Below, piece after piece: positions 24,862-45,791 of a stretch of 64,000 nt of DNA. A program made the position numbers and the translations under genes. The notes beneath the pieces are model-generated. The model was not told the DNA's origin. It searched no databases and worked only from the letters and a program-made list of their open reading frames with translations. Each line of letters starts with the position of its first letter. Position 1 is the first letter of the stretch. Source of the stretch: Eledone cirrhosa (taxonomy: Eukaryota); assembly GCA_964016885.1 (NCBI GenBank), contig OZ024741.1, positions 204,786,001 to 204,850,000 of the forward strand, in the 5' to 3' direction.

Positions 24862-26589
24862 ACTCTTATTTACCTTTGTAGTTGTCAATAATGATACTAC
24901 TATGCTAGTCATATATAGCATCTCTTCTGTATAATTTATCCCATCTTATGCAGCTTTTATTACAAACTCGTGTTTAATCTCTATATCTAACTCCCTGCTT
25001 GTCCTTACTAGAGATAAGCCGTTTTTCTCTTATTTGTACTTACTGTTCATCAATGCCTAGCTGAACCTTAGGTTTAATTACAGATATCGGATCTCTGGTT
25101 TATGGTGGTCTCATAGTAAATATTATCTGTTCTATAACTGGCTATGTAAACAGTTTTATTTTGAAGCTGGTTCTACTTAAATTATCATATTTTCCTTGCC
25201 AGGGGTTTCATTTAATTATTCTTAGTAAAAACTAATTTTCCTTTAATCAAATTTATTTTAGCCTCAACACTTAATTTATAAGTTTTTCTTTCCTTTGTGC
25301 TATCAATCCCTTCTTTATTTTCCTTTCTTACATTATCTAAATCATTTCTTATATTTTCTTTTCCATTTCATAATTTCTTTTCTTTGTAATTTTTTTTTAC
25401 CTCTTTCTTTCTCCTATTTACAGTTACACCTGCACTCTCCTTCCATTCTCTTAAGTAGTACATGATGAGTTGGTTAACTGACTTTCTGAAGTAATTTAAA
25501 TCATAAAACATCAGTTTAAAGCATCATTCTACATTGTAGATATGAATATATCTCCAGTTGTGTATCTTAATATAACCCCAAATCATGTATCAATTTTTGT
25601 TGACGACGTTGGTTAGTTTCTCTCCTGTTATGCTGAAGGGAGAAAGCAATGGTTGTGCTGAGAGAGGTGAAAGAAAGTATTATATATTTAAAAAAAAGGT
25701 AGCTTAGATTGCTAAATAGACAGATTGTAAATAAACAGAGAAGGAAGGAGAAAAAGCTAACAGTCATAAAAGTCAGCAGCTTATGTGATGGAATCTTATG
25801 AACAGTGAAATAAAGGGTGGGATGAAATAACGAGTGCCAGAGGAAAGGATAACATGAGTAAAAGAGGTGACAATAAGAATGATAGACCTCTACAACAGAG
25901 AGGGGGAATATGATAAAATAATCGAGGTATTGAGGCTGAGTGAATGATAATGAGAATGGTAGAGATAGAAAGGAATTTGTATATGTAAGTATAATGGGGA
26001 TGTAGAGAAGAGATAGCAGCAGATTTTGTTAGAGAGAGAAAGTAGTATATAGATAAAAAAGAAGAGAAGAAATAGTAAAGTATATGAGTGAACAAGTGAA
26101 AATAATGGAGTTAATATCAGAAGAATGACAACACTAGAAGAAAATAGAGCAAATTTAAATCCCTTTAAATTGATTATTTTCAATATTATTTGAAAACCAT
26201 AAGCTGTATCTTTTCTAGAAATATGATAATAAAAGAGTTAAGGCTTAATTTAAAGATCTAATTTTTTTTTGTTATTGAATTTAATCTACATCAAATAAGA
26301 AAAGAGAAGGAACAAAATTCCCTTAATTTTTTCCTGTCTTTTAGATTTATTCATTTAAAAAGGTTATAAAATACCATTACAGTAATAAAAATATCTTTTT
26401 TTAAAACTGGTTTAATCTGGCCTTTGCAGGTCAAAGAGACTAGTAAAAGTAATTTGGTTGATGGTTATTTTAAATAGTTGCAAGTTGATGGCTATAGGAA
26501 AATCAAGTCATTAGCAGACAGTTTAGCTAGGAGATCCACAGTCAAATACTTTGCTGATGTCAAGTTCAATATCATTATTTTCACCAAAT

Positions 26590-26775
26590 GTCTCAAGGGT
26601 GAGAGCTTATCTGGTGACAAACAGAGGAAAACAGATTTTCAGTAGATATGACTTTATGGAAGCCATATTGGTGGTCATAAAGGAGGGAAAGATTTGAGGT
26701 GTTGGATGTGAAAGCAATAGGTTGACAGTTGGCAAAGTCTGGAAGGTTGTTCCTCTTGGGAATGGGACACATGCA
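26590..26775 (-). mobile_element. Small CR1/Jockey-type RT remnant
   Basis: CPIPKR..ANCQPIAFTS..LLYDHQYGF, a degenerate NYRPISLTS..QYGF motif. Confidence 0.55.
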
Positions 26776-29349
26776 TTTAGAGAGAGAGATGAATATTATT
26801 TGCCTATAAAGATATAAGATCTTTAAGGAGCATAAATGACTTCCTGACATTTATGCTTTTTTCATCGATGAGATATAAATGAAATTAATATTCAGATTTA
26901 CTTTTCTAAGGAGTTATCACTATGCTGACATCTGCCCTTTATTAAAGAAATCTTAATTTGTGTAAAGTCACCTTTTCCCTCCACATACATGAAAATCCAG
27001 CATGCAACTTATCTACTGGACCTACAAAACTTGAATTCAAAATATATGGTACATTGTAAATGTATGTAAAATGGAGTGGCGACTTAACTACGTATATATA
27101 GTATATGAAGATTAACTTTGTTAGTCAGTGAAAGAAATGGGTACAGCTTTGAGCAGGCAACACAGTAAGGTTGATGAGAAGAAAAGAGATAGTTATATTG
27201 GTTCATTTGAAACTACCTAGTTCCAAAAACATAGCTATTGCAATGATAGAAAAAGCAGGGGAAAAAATAGTAAATCTATGAAAGTGTTTGTATGTGTGGT
27301 AAGTCAAATGATCCATCAGCCAAATGATCTTTTTTCGAATTTAGAATGTTTGTGCGCTAGCAGCATTGTCTTGTATGTGTGTAAAAAGAGACTGGAAGAA
27401 ATTTTAAATTTGGTAAAGGTGGATAACAGTAAATTCAGAAAAGAGTTGAATTTAGTAATGTTAAGAGACAATAAGGATTGATTAATAAGCCAGAGTTAGC
27501 TTTTTCATGAATTACAGTATTCATAAAAAGTGCATCATCAGAAACATCACAATATAATTCCAAATAAGTTAATGAAGCTTTATAGGGATTACTTAAATCT
27601 CAAGCACTTCTTAGCATTAGAGGGGAAATGGAGTTTCTTTGATACTTAAGGATAAAAAGTAATACACTTGGCCAGGTTATTGCTCAAAATGTTCGCAATT
27701 TATATTTGTCATTTGTTTGCATGGTTTTAAATGTCAGTGGCTCAGGCCATGAGGCATAATAGGAAGTGAGTTTCATTCAGATGCAGTTTAAATATTTCTA
27801 TAAATAAAAGTCTTACTTAACCCTTTCTTCACTATATTTCTAATGAAATACAAAGTATTTAAAGTAATTTAAAGGATTTATTAAAATTATTAATTATTTC
27901 ATTACATGGTTCTTATATAAAATTATATTGGAAGATTTTAATTTAAATAAGAAACCTATAAAATGTGCGATTTTGTTTCATTGAATCAGAGTCGGTTTGG
28001 TTGTGTTGATATCAAAGGGGCTAAACTGGTATTCTGATCTTTGGAGAAATATTCATCTGAAGTGCTTGATGCTGTGAAAGCTAGAATAAACATCACCTCA
28101 ACTGGCCTAGGGCATAGAATATATTTCAGTGACAAACAATGTACTAAAGCTTCTGTACAATTCTTAATACTCAGCATTACACACTGCATTGATTAAACCA
28201 CAAAATGAAAATAATTTCCAAGAATGGTCAATGGATGATGTCATGCAATGGTTTTATTGTTTAAGGCCAGGTCATTGATTGTGTAGAGCTATAATCAAAG
28301 ACATTCCGACCTTGACCACCCTGTTGGAATTTTGTGCCTACAAATAGTATAAGAGATTTCATAAATGGGAAAGGTTATTTTGTAACAAAATTTAAATCAT
28401 TATATTCCAAATTGAAGAAGTGTTTCAAAGCAATTAATAAAAAGGTATAAAAATTAATTCTTATTGCAATCCCCTAGCCATATAATGCTTAGTAAGCACA
28501 AATATTTACTGTTCAGTAGTATGTTACTACAGGGAGAGATACTCTCTGCAGCAGCTTTATAACCAACTTTTATCTTCTATAATATAGATTTTAAAAAAAT
28601 TCATAGTAATATGATAGAAATGATAAGATAGAGAAAATGACTATAATAGAAAGGAATGGGAGCTGAAGAGCAAAAGAAAAAACGAGGGATGAAAGGGTGG
28701 GGAGAAAATGAGAAAACTATATGGAACAAAAAGTTCATATATAGAATAAATTTTAAAAACATTGGGTGGGGTTAAAGGGAGGTCACTAATACTTCTTCAC
28801 AGAATCAGTTGCAGAGGAGTGGTATAAAATGCAAATATTGAAAAATGAGATATTTTGATCTGATAATTAATAAAATGAAAGAGGAAGCAATCAAGATTAT
28901 GACAATTATTTTATAAATGTAAATAAAAAATATTTATTCATATTTGTAATCCTTACTCTTTTTTTCAGTCTTCACTTCTCCTTTGGCATTCATTATTTCA
29001 CAGACAGGTTAAAAAAAGATATGCAGAATACCACTTTTGCTTGTCAACTATATTTCATTTCAATTCTTTTAATATTGCGTCTGGTTTTATGATACAAACC
29101 TGTGTTTTAATGTGTTTAAATTTATCCCAAATTTTCCGTCATAACCTTTTATGTTCCAAATACAATCTTAATGAGAAATTTTCCAAATTATTTGAAGATC
29201 ATAGGCAATGTCTTTCATTAGAAATATGGTAAAAGAGTTGAAGATCCAATATCCTGAGTTCCAAAATATCTTCATTCTTTCTTGAATACTTAATTTCCCA
29301 ACAGCAAGAGATATGACCAGGGGGAATAACAAAAGGAATTTTCATTTAA

Positions 29350-29812
29350 CTAGCAGTGGTACCCGGCATTGCACGGGATAAGGTATTGTGAAATATATAA
29401 CCGCCTTAGCTAAGCTTAGTATTGCCACAACCATGGCTGGCAAAGAAGTAAGGGTCTGGTGGTACGTAAGTAAGCAACGCTGAGGCTTAAAACGTGAGGA
29501 AGAAGTTGTGTGCACTTACCAACTGTTTGGGGAATGAGTGAGATTTGTCTTGAGCAAGAGTGGCAGAATAACCGGAGGCAGCAGACAGCCAGATATTATA
29601 AGGGCGCGATGTTATATGTATGTATCTATCTAAAAAGAAAGACTAAGAATTATAGAGAGAGATCGCTAAATCGCCTAATGCGGTCCCTAGGGCATTGAAA
29701 ATTTGAAATTCTTACATGTGTAAAGTTTGAAAACAGTCGGTTGGGTAGTACTCTAGTTTTAGGGATTCAAACTCACACACACACAAACAGACATCCTCAG
29801 TTTTATATATAT
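29350..29812 (-). mobile_element. Non-autonomous Helitron
   Basis: - strand 3' end is hairpin CCCGTGCAATGCCGGG followed by CTAG|T. The 5' end is TATATATAAAA-like. The internal block 29623-29710 is shared with 48684-48770. Confidence 0.75.
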
Positions 29813-32800
29813 GTAAAATATTACATAAAATGATAATCTGGAATTATTATAGAATATTTTTATATTGAAATTAAATTGCAGATAGGAACTTCAAATTTCA
29901 AGTGAAATTATTAACAGCTGATATCAATAGAGAAATAAAAGTTTTAGAAGGCTATTTTCTTTACTTAAGAAGGAGTTAATTGTGTGGGTCCCATGACAAG
30001 TTTATTGTTATATTCATCATGGTGTCCTTTTTGAGGCAATTTTTTATGGCCAGATGTCCTTCCTGGCATTAATAGTGGTTAATATATGACATGGATAAAA
30101 TATTTAGATGAGCATTTCAATAGTTAACAACAAACTTAAAACAGAATTATTTGAAACTTTTCTCAAACCATTAATAGACATACTTTTATTATATTAGGAA
30201 ATATTTTTGATATATATATGTAGACAATGGCATGAAACCTATCACAATAGTCTTGACAGTTTCATATAGAAATCCTTGGTTACCCATATTATTAGAATAT
30301 ATTTTGCAACTTTACTATTGTAAAGACAGAAATTTATTTGGAATTAACTAGAATGCCAACAAGTCTACAGTAATTTTGAACCCATGTTTTGCAAGCTTTT
30401 TAATGACCCACTGTACTTCTTTCATACATATGCTGTTATCATGCTAGTATGAGTAAAATGGTTTAATTAATTAGTGAGCCAATTATTAAAAAAAATAGAT
30501 GTCCTTACTGTATTCAACTTATAAAGTAGGAGTAGAATCAATAAAGCAATATTATGTGCCTCTGCTTAGCAGAACAAGACATTGGTTCAAATAGAAAAGT
30601 AGGAATTACCCATGAGTTGTCCAGCACCTTAACCCCACAGCCACACATGTATTTTATATAACTGAAATTACTCTGTTGCTACTTTGGGTTTCATGGATTC
30701 CTGTTGATCAGTAGGAATCTTCAACTGAGATTAATCTCTAATATAATATTCTCTATTTTGGTATTGAGCACTTTTACCTTGTGTTTGCAAACTCAAACAT
30801 AAAGAGAATGTATATGTATAATCATTTTAAAGAATAAGAGAGAAAACTATTGTAAAGTGAGTGTTGTGTTACTTCCATTACAATCATCAGTTCATACTGT
30901 GCCCCAAAGCAAGGCACATAACTCTATGTGCCTTAAACTAACTAGCTGAAAAATAGATTGCATTCCAATTTCAGAGATAGTAAGTTGTATATATATGGTT
31001 GCTGCTACAAATTATATTTAAACATCAAAAAAGAGAAATGTAAAATAATCCCTAAAAGACTTCCAGAATCTTAAACATTCTGGCATGAGTTGACTGGTTT
31101 AGCAAATTTGAATATTTGCATGAATTGTTAAAGTTGTTCAATATCCTTCCTGATGAAAACTTGTCAATCTTAAAGTAGGAGCAATTTTTCTTTCTAATTT
31201 CTTTCAAATTTTATTGAAACAGTGTCATAATTGAAGTACTGCATGTTGATTGCACAACTCGTGATTCATATATCATTATATATATCTAACTGCAGAAATT
31301 GGAATGGTTAAATTGTATATTTAAAAAATCCAAGGGAAGAAAGGTTGCATGAAACCTTTCTGAACTTCAGAATAAAATAATTCAATTTATTTGTTAGAGA
31401 TGTTTTTGTTTTGTATTTAATGTGAAATATTTATTTCAAAAATAGACTTTTATTGTCTCTATAAATCTATTTCCTTTTTTCAACAATGTTATAAAATATT
31501 TTCAGATATGAAACAATAAGGCACAGTTTATCTATCATGATTGTAGTTAAAATAAGGTTACTGAGAACTGAGAGGGGAAATAAGGAGTCCCCCGTCTTTA
31601 TTTTGGTGATAAATTTTCATTATAATCAGTTTTTAGGGAATAGGATAATGAAATAATACAACTAATTCACATATATTTATGAGCAATGAATTAACAAAGA
31701 AAAGCTTGTTTTCCAGCATATTTGACATTGGTTTGGAGGAATAAGATTTTAAAGGTACACGAAGAAAATGAAAAGTATGTAAAAAGAATGAGCTTTGAAT
31801 GGGACAAAGGTATAAAAATGTCATTAGAACTGATCCATGAAAAGCAATGGGGAGGGATTCGTTAGTCATGCTGATGATACTAATTATTTTGTACTTTCAA
31901 TATCTTCTATTAATTATTAGTGCTGCGGTGCTGTTTACTGTTCCCTATTTAAGGGTTAGTTTGACTAGTGGTCCGGCAGGCAGATGTTGAGTTGAAAATG
32001 CAACAATTAGTATATTTTTAATTTTCTTTGTATCTTTAATTTTTATTTATACACAAGTCACTTAGATATGCAGTATGAATAAAAAGAGAAAAATTAAAAA
32101 AAAAAAGTTCTTGGCAACTGAACTCAATATCACAAGGTGAGATGAATACAAATCTGTTCAAGTTCAATTTGAGTAATCAGTAGCCTTCAAAATTATCTAC
32201 TCTTAAGCTAGCCTATCAAGAAAAATGAAATATGTAAAATACTTCTTTAAAATTTGACTTTTCATCTCTAAACTGATATGAAGTTTTGGAAACATAATGA
32301 CCATTAATTTTTACTAATTTATCTTTGAATGCTAATTAAAAAAACAAATTCCCTGTAAAATTTTGGAAAGAATTTTTGGAGAATAACATTTGAAATGATG
32401 GAAAACAAATAGTGACTTCCATATAGCTTTCAAACATATGAAGGATTACTAAAAACTAACAAGAAATACAAAAATTTGTAAGTTTCCCATAAAAGAAAAA
32501 AAAAAACAAAAAACATTTTAAAAAATGTTATCTAGAAGTATTTCTTTTCGATTAATACTTCAGGAGGAAGCACATATAATTAATATATATTTATTTGTTT
32601 TAAAATAAATTCGTTAAATATTAAAATTTTTTAAACAATTTGTGGAAACAATATCTAAATACTTTTACATTTTTATATACATTTGATGAACATGACTATG
32701 AAACATCAAAACTGATGTAACACATTTAATATTCACTTTAAAGTCATATTGGAAAATAAAATTATTTTTTGGTTGTAAAAAATGTCAATGAAACGAACGT

Positions 32801-33026
32801 TTCTTCCTGTTGCGATGGATACATTTAGCATGCATAATGAACTAAAGATACTTCTAAAGTATCAATCTAGTATTGTTCAGCGGACACTTAAAAACTATAA
32901 TATAAATACGTCTATTTACACACGCGTGTATATATTTTTCTTATTAGTACATTTTCGTACTTTTAAATAATATTTTGAGGAAAGAAAAAAGTGAACAAAA
33001 AAATGCCGTCATCCGTGCTTCTTCTC

Positions 33027-33140
33027 ATTGGTTGGTTAATAAGCTTCTCTGGTCGAGCATCCGAATGCGCTGATTGGCTGAGTTACTATGAATATTAATG
33101 ACACTACAGGCCCGGCTGGAAATATCAAATATTAACCAAT
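33027..33140 (+). promoter_or_regulatory. ANP32 promoter: three CCAAT boxes in a CpG-retaining region
   Basis: ATTGG at 33027 and 33073, CCAAT at 33136, about 450-560 bp upstream of the ATG. CpG density is visibly higher than in the flanks. Confidence 0.6.
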
Positions 33141-33586
33141 AAGACTTGGCTTGTATATACCATTGATTGATCAACCCGCGCGCTCACTTGCCTATTAAGC
33201 TACCAGTAAGCGAGGACCGCTTGCGAAACACATATACACACACACACATGTATACACATACATATCTTACCCAGTTAAACGTTGCAGGCTTTAGCACTAC
33301 TACTACTACCGTCAGCCAGGCCATAGTTTAAAAAGCGCTGCTCACTCATCACTACTAGCACACAGCGTACATATACACATATATCGGTAGCATCCAATCA
33401 GTCAACGAGAAACGTTTAGACAGACCGTGGCTACACAGATCACAGTCATAAAGAAAAAAACAACATAACTAGTGACTAGCCGAAAGAAAATTCTCTGACC
33501 AAACAGAACCCGAAAGGGGTTAGTGACGAAAAGTGGCTGCAATAGATAATAAATCAACAGCTCAAAGCCAACACAACGGCTGCACA

Positions 33587-39921
<6,335 letters not shown>

Positions 39922-42420
39922 TTGGAGTCCTTATAGCCCTTCTGGGTCGAAGCGCAAAGACTGTGTACAGTATTGTTGATGGAAGCCCTTTCCTCCCCAG
40001 GTGGGTGGTGAGGACTGCCAACAGCATATCGTGTGTGATGATGCATACCATAGTACTACCACAAAATAAAATTTCAACTTCGGTCATTCTAACTATACAT
40101 AGTGGTGGCCAGCAAGCATTTCTTCAAGATTTGCCCCCCAGTCCATTTCTCCTGAGTCCAGCCAATTTATCATGGTACCACGGGCACACTTTCTATTTAG
40201 GGTCTTTCTTTTTTTCTTCAGGGTTTCAATTTCTTTAGTTTTCTGCTATGCTGCTGCTCAGTTTTGATCCACCTACTCTCCTTAGTTTGAGGGTTGAGAT
40301 ATCTCACACTGCTGTCTTTGGTTTGAATACTGCTGCTGTCTTTTCTTTAGTGTTTCTCCCCACAGCCAATATCATATATAGTATTATACTTTGATTATGA
40401 AGTATGTATACTAACAATGTTTTTTTTTTTTTTTTTTTTTTTGTGCATAATAGTTCTAAAAGGCTGTCTTTGCAAAAATTAATTTCTCCATCTTGTATGT
40501 TGAGATCAAACACTTGGCTAACAAACAAGGCAAATCTCCACCCAATAACTTGATCATTTCATATATTTTGTTTGCTAATACCCAGCAAATCCTAGAAGCC
40601 CACTTTAAACGTGTAGAGAGATTTTCATCAAGATGATGTTAGGGTCATGTTAGAAGGCCTGGCGAGATATTTACTCTAAGTTGAGTTCACTGGATAAATT
40701 TTAATGTGGGTTTTAGTTAAATTTGATTCTTTCCTTGCTCATTCAGATTAAAATAGTTGCAGTTGTTGAAATGCATTTTGTTTAGTAATTATGTATACTT
40801 CTTACACTAGCAAATTTCTATCAGCTCAAAGGAGCATGGTATGCAGTTGAAGATTAAACATTTATGATCTGTAGGGGATTGATTGGATCAGTGCCTTCTT
40901 GTAAAAACGAAACCCCTGCTTTGTGCAGCACTATATTGCCATGTGCATTTTTTTTTTAAACTTCTGAAATCCTTGAAACGGCTGTTGATGGAATATTTTT
41001 TTCTTCTTTACTAGAGATGATACTTGGCTATTGGGTGTATTTGGAGATGTATTTACCGTGTGTGCCTAATTCAACTGGAGATTTGTTTGGGGTTCAAATG
41101 TTAGTAAGGATTTGCTCTCAGTATTTGAATCATGGTCAGTGTTAAGGATTCAGCCCTTTTAATGCTAAGCATTCCATTATAAGCAGCATTAATTTCAATG
41201 TCTCCTAACTTTTCTCAGCCCTCTTGCAACTCTGGTAATCTTGTTGCTCTTCCAACTATGTAGCTCTGTGCTTAGGAGACCAGACAGGGGCTAAATCTAC
41301 TTGAATGGAATTCGCGTTTTAGATTTCTAAGTTAAATACATAACATTTCAAGGAATTAGTTTTAGGTAATGTTCTTACTCTAGTGCGTTACATAGAACTC
41401 CTGCATATAGGGACATGGGGGGGTCGTGTCATACATATTCTCAAGTCATTCGAATTTTCTTCCTTTCCACAAGTACTACTTTAATGATTGTTAAAGCAAA
41501 CAGGTCTATTGTAAAATATCCCCTCCCCCATTGTAAAAAGTTAACCATTTAATCTACTGTTCAGCCTGTACAATAAAGTTTTCATCATTATATAATCCAG
41601 CTACACCCATCATAGTTCATGGACATGGAGCAATGAATTTGTTTTAACAGTATAATAGTAGTACTTGAGTTGCCTTTCAGTTGGCACCAACAAACTTGAT
41701 TCTTACCTACACATACAGGGATATATATGTTGCTGTATAATTTTATACTTTAAGGTCCTGGTTCAGATTTCAGCCCTGTTTAGAAAGGAATTTAGTGCTT
41801 AGTTTAGTGTTGGTGACATTGTATTGTCTCAGCTATACAAACAAATGTGCATTGTTGCAGTGTCTAATATGGTTCCTGATTGTGATACTTGGTGTCTACA
41901 GCAAGGTAAATTAGTTGGGAAAATTAAAATGACTTCTGTAGATTAAATGAAAGTATTAAATTCTCCTTTTCCACATGGTTAGTTGAATGGCCTAAGACAT
42001 CCAGCCCTTATAGGTCAGCCCTAAAAATTAGGGTTGTTCCTTCTAATTTGTACAGTAAAGAGATCCATTTGTGTATTGTACAGGTTGGTGTTGCTGCTAC
42101 TTTTGAATTTGGCTATCAATCTCACTGGCCGCTGTAACACCAACCACATTAGCCCATCACCCATCCTTCTCACACTTCTTTTTCTCTATTTTTCCAAAAC
42201 ACTCTCGTCCCTGTTACCCTTTTAATTTTTATTGCAAACTTGACATTTTCATACATGGCAGCCAAACACCACTCCAACAGGCTGAACTCTGAACCAGCGT
42301 CATGAAGACTACTCAGACGTTTAGGCACATTCTCCGCCTATCAACTGACCCTTCAATCATTGTGCTCTCTTTCTCTGTTGCAAATAAAAAGATTTTTATA
42401 TATAAATTTATTTGGGGCAT
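39922..42420 (+). other. Probable long ANP32 3' UTR with candidate poly(A) signals
   Basis: About 2.5 kb with no recognisable transposon. AATAAA at 40065, 41572 and 42383; repeats resume at about 42495. Confidence 0.5.
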
Positions 42421-43074
42421 TTTCCTCATTTTTGTTACACATAAAAATACATTGTTTCATAGCCAAACATTTTCCCTTTGTATTCTAAGATTTTAACCCT
42501 TTCATGGCTGTTTTGCAATATTTTATTACTAAGGAGTAACCTAACTTGGTTCTTATACAAACTTATGTTGGAAGATTTAAAATTAAGAACACTGTAAAAC
42601 TGAGTTGAAGTCAAAGCAGTTTTACAGGAGTCTCACATGATATAACTAATTGTACTATTTCATGAGTTATGGCTACTTCAATGTTTCCAAATAATGTCTG
42701 ATTAAAATTGGTCAAAGCCAGCAATAAAAGGGAATTAGCTGATGAATATATACATGGTAGTGAATAAAAAGATGTGTGTGAGAAAACAGCAATGTAGTCT
42801 AGTAGTAAGTAATGGTCTTCGTGGATTGGAAACTCGCTTGATTATTAACTCAACTATAATTTCATTTTAGTTCATACAATTTTTCATCAATAATTGATGT
42901 GGAAACAATTTTTGTTGCTGAAGATGAGTTTAATCTGCAAGATTATATATTTAAGTTTTTCTTATAAAATGCCAACAATTTTGATATATTTCCCTAATAT
43001 AAACCACTGCCAATGATTTTCAAATAATTTGAAGGGATTTAGTAATATAACTTGGTGTTCAATGGTAACTGAAT

Positions 43075-43230
43075 GCTATTTTACTCGATATTTACTACTG
43101 TATTTTCACAGTAAAGACTTTACCTCACAAATTATTTCATGTAATATCGAATCTACGAGATTTTGATGTTATTTATTTTGAGAACAATACCTTAACATCA
43201 ATATGAGCGGCCGATTTAAATGCTAAAGGG
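43075..43230. mobile_element. piggyBac-type MITE family A (left end eroded)
   Basis: Body GAATCTACGAGATTTTGATGTTATTTATTTTGAGAACAATACC; end TAAATGCTAAAGGG-TTAA. Confidence 0.72.
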
Positions 43231-45643
43231 TTAAATCTAGAACTTTTATCAGTAGAACAAGATGGCATTAATGAAACCTAAACCAAATCATTTGTAGCTG
43301 TTTCAGATAAACCCTTTAACAGAAACATACAAGTTTAGTATCTTGACTTTTAACACTGATGAATATTTTATGGAGAATCTAATATTGATATCGGTGTCAA
43401 CAAGTACATATGAAATGGCAGGATTAACAATGCAATGACTCGTACCACTCTACCAACTTTCATTTATAAACAGGCTATGTCTATGTTTATTAATGAAGGT
43501 TGAGTAGTACTATGGTCGTAGCAGCATTGCTAATCTCATTTCATGTTAAGTACTTGTTGCAATGCCTTATTCTGGCTTAATGGTGGCTGTCAAACAGCTT
43601 GCGTACACTTTAATGATAGATTTTTCTGAGTAAAAAATATAGTTTTGTTTGCTTAGCCTCGAGTCAACCCTGCGATTAAAAGCAATCCAGCTTTGGCTAT
43701 CCCATCTTTTCATTTTTTTCCCCCTATATTATTCAATATCATTTTATTTACGATGGTAGTGTATATTTTGAGGGAGATTTAGCTACTATTTCTACTAGGT
43801 AGAATACTACGGAAAGATTGGGTGATAGCATGGCTTAATGGCTATTCAGATCACAACACTATCCGACGAAGGCAATATATATCTTAAAAATAATGGGCAT
43901 ATTTAATTTGGAGTCCAGGATTGGTATACCATATAAAGTAGGATTTCCTGATATGAACTAACGGTTAGAACACAGGAGCTTGTGACTGAAAGAGAACTAA
44001 ATTTCAAAAAGTTATATATATATAATAATCGTCTCAGAAGGCTGAAAAATGTATCCATGTACAGGCCAACCAATAGAGGATAGACGGCAGAATGGATAAG
44101 CTTTTTCTCGGCTAATAGTATGGCGTTGCATAATTGCTTTTGATTGGTCTGCATATCTATAATATTTTTGCCCTCTGAAACGATCGTAAAACAATGGATG
44201 AATTAACTATACCTTGACTTATTTTTTCATTGTTCAACATTTTATATCTGAGTTTGTAGTTTTTTAATTCTCAACAACGTAATAAGATACACATTTCCAC
44301 TAAAACAAATTTCGCTTTGCTTCGATAGGATATTCACATCCACATTACATCGTGTTCTAAAATGGTTATGATTCTAAGTCTTACCTTATGTAGGTAGGAC
44401 AGTGAGTGAGTGTGTGTGTATGTATATATATATATATATTCACATGGCGTATAATTATGGTTGATATTTTTTTTTTTTTTTTTCGTAAAAAAAAAAAAGC
44501 TCTGGACTTCCTCAAAAATAATTCACAAAAGTAATATAGTGAGGTTAACAAATCGAACTGTTGTCATCCTTCACTGATATCGATATTCTCAGCTTAAGCA
44601 ATTAGTCAAATGCAAGTTTTGTGGTACAGCTTAATTCTATTACTTTAAAGTTTATAGAATATAAATATTTCTGGTTTGTTTCAGTTTCATAAAGTCAAAT
44701 TGCCTACCACAAAAACAAAACCTTTTTAACACGCACACTTCGAAGGAAGATGGAAAGAAAACGACAAACAACTATTTGCTTCTCTATTCATGCTCCCGCC
44801 TCTTATGTTGTGCACGGACATATGCGCAGAGAACACGCACTCAACAGTAACATTTAATTGATGAGATTTTCAAATAAGTTTATTCAAAACTTATGAATGA
44901 AATCAGTTTTTTCAAAATATAATATAAGACGTAACTGGTTACAGCATTTTAGTTACCGAATTGAAATCGATCTTCGAAGCCTCTAGCGAGCTATTTTATT
45001 AATAATCAGAAAAAAATAAAAGATTGTAAGTGATAAAGGGACAGCTTGATTTATTGCTAACCAATGTGCTTGTAATATATTTTACTATCAAATTGATCTA
45101 TATAACACCGATTTTCTACTATATTGAGTTTTATATTACAGTAGATCGTGAATTAATCTCTGAAGATTTCTGTTAATTTTTGTTTTGATAACATTTAAGG
45201 TGGGGAATAACGGCTGTTGTAATAACGAAAATCATCAACACGTATTTATATCATTGCACATGTTCTTAATTCATGAGAAACTATGACTATAATGTTCGGA
45301 TGCAACAGCTTAGGATGTAATGTTATGAATATATTCATTCAAGTCAAGTTTAGTTAGTCATTTGAAAAAAGTTGTGATATAAAAAAATAAATTAAGGTTT
45401 AATAGAAAATAAAAATTTAAATGACTGAAATATTTTTCGTTGGAATTTTCGAAATCCTCAACATTTTGAAGATTCGGAGATATTTAAATTTTAAAGTAGC
45501 ATCGTGTTTAGACCGATTCGCGCAACTTTAATAGTCGGCAAGTAAAATACCTAAGTCAGCTTATTAAGCTCAACACAGTTTTCAAATCTGCAGAGACCGG
45601 TTGTCGCCTCGTTCTGACAGTGGTGGCCATTTTAGTACAAGAA

Positions 45644-45791
45644 ATGCCACTGGTTATTCTATGTGGTTTACCTTGTTCAGGCAAATCAACCATTACTCAG
45701 TCGCTAGCTACATATTTCCGCGAACAATCTAAGAATGTGGACGTTGTCAGTAACCATTCCATTGGGTTGGATAGGAATTCAGTGTTTGCTG
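45644..45791 (+). CDS. KTI12: KTI12 coding exon 1
   Basis: 148 nt, Walker A GLPCSGKS, donor G|GTCAGT, phase 1. CpG-retaining upstream region. Confidence 0.92.

Noticed and set aside
25567-26183. Hydrophobic - strand ORFs resembling membrane proteins
   Set aside because: They arise from a purine-rich low-complexity + strand tract and show no family motifs.
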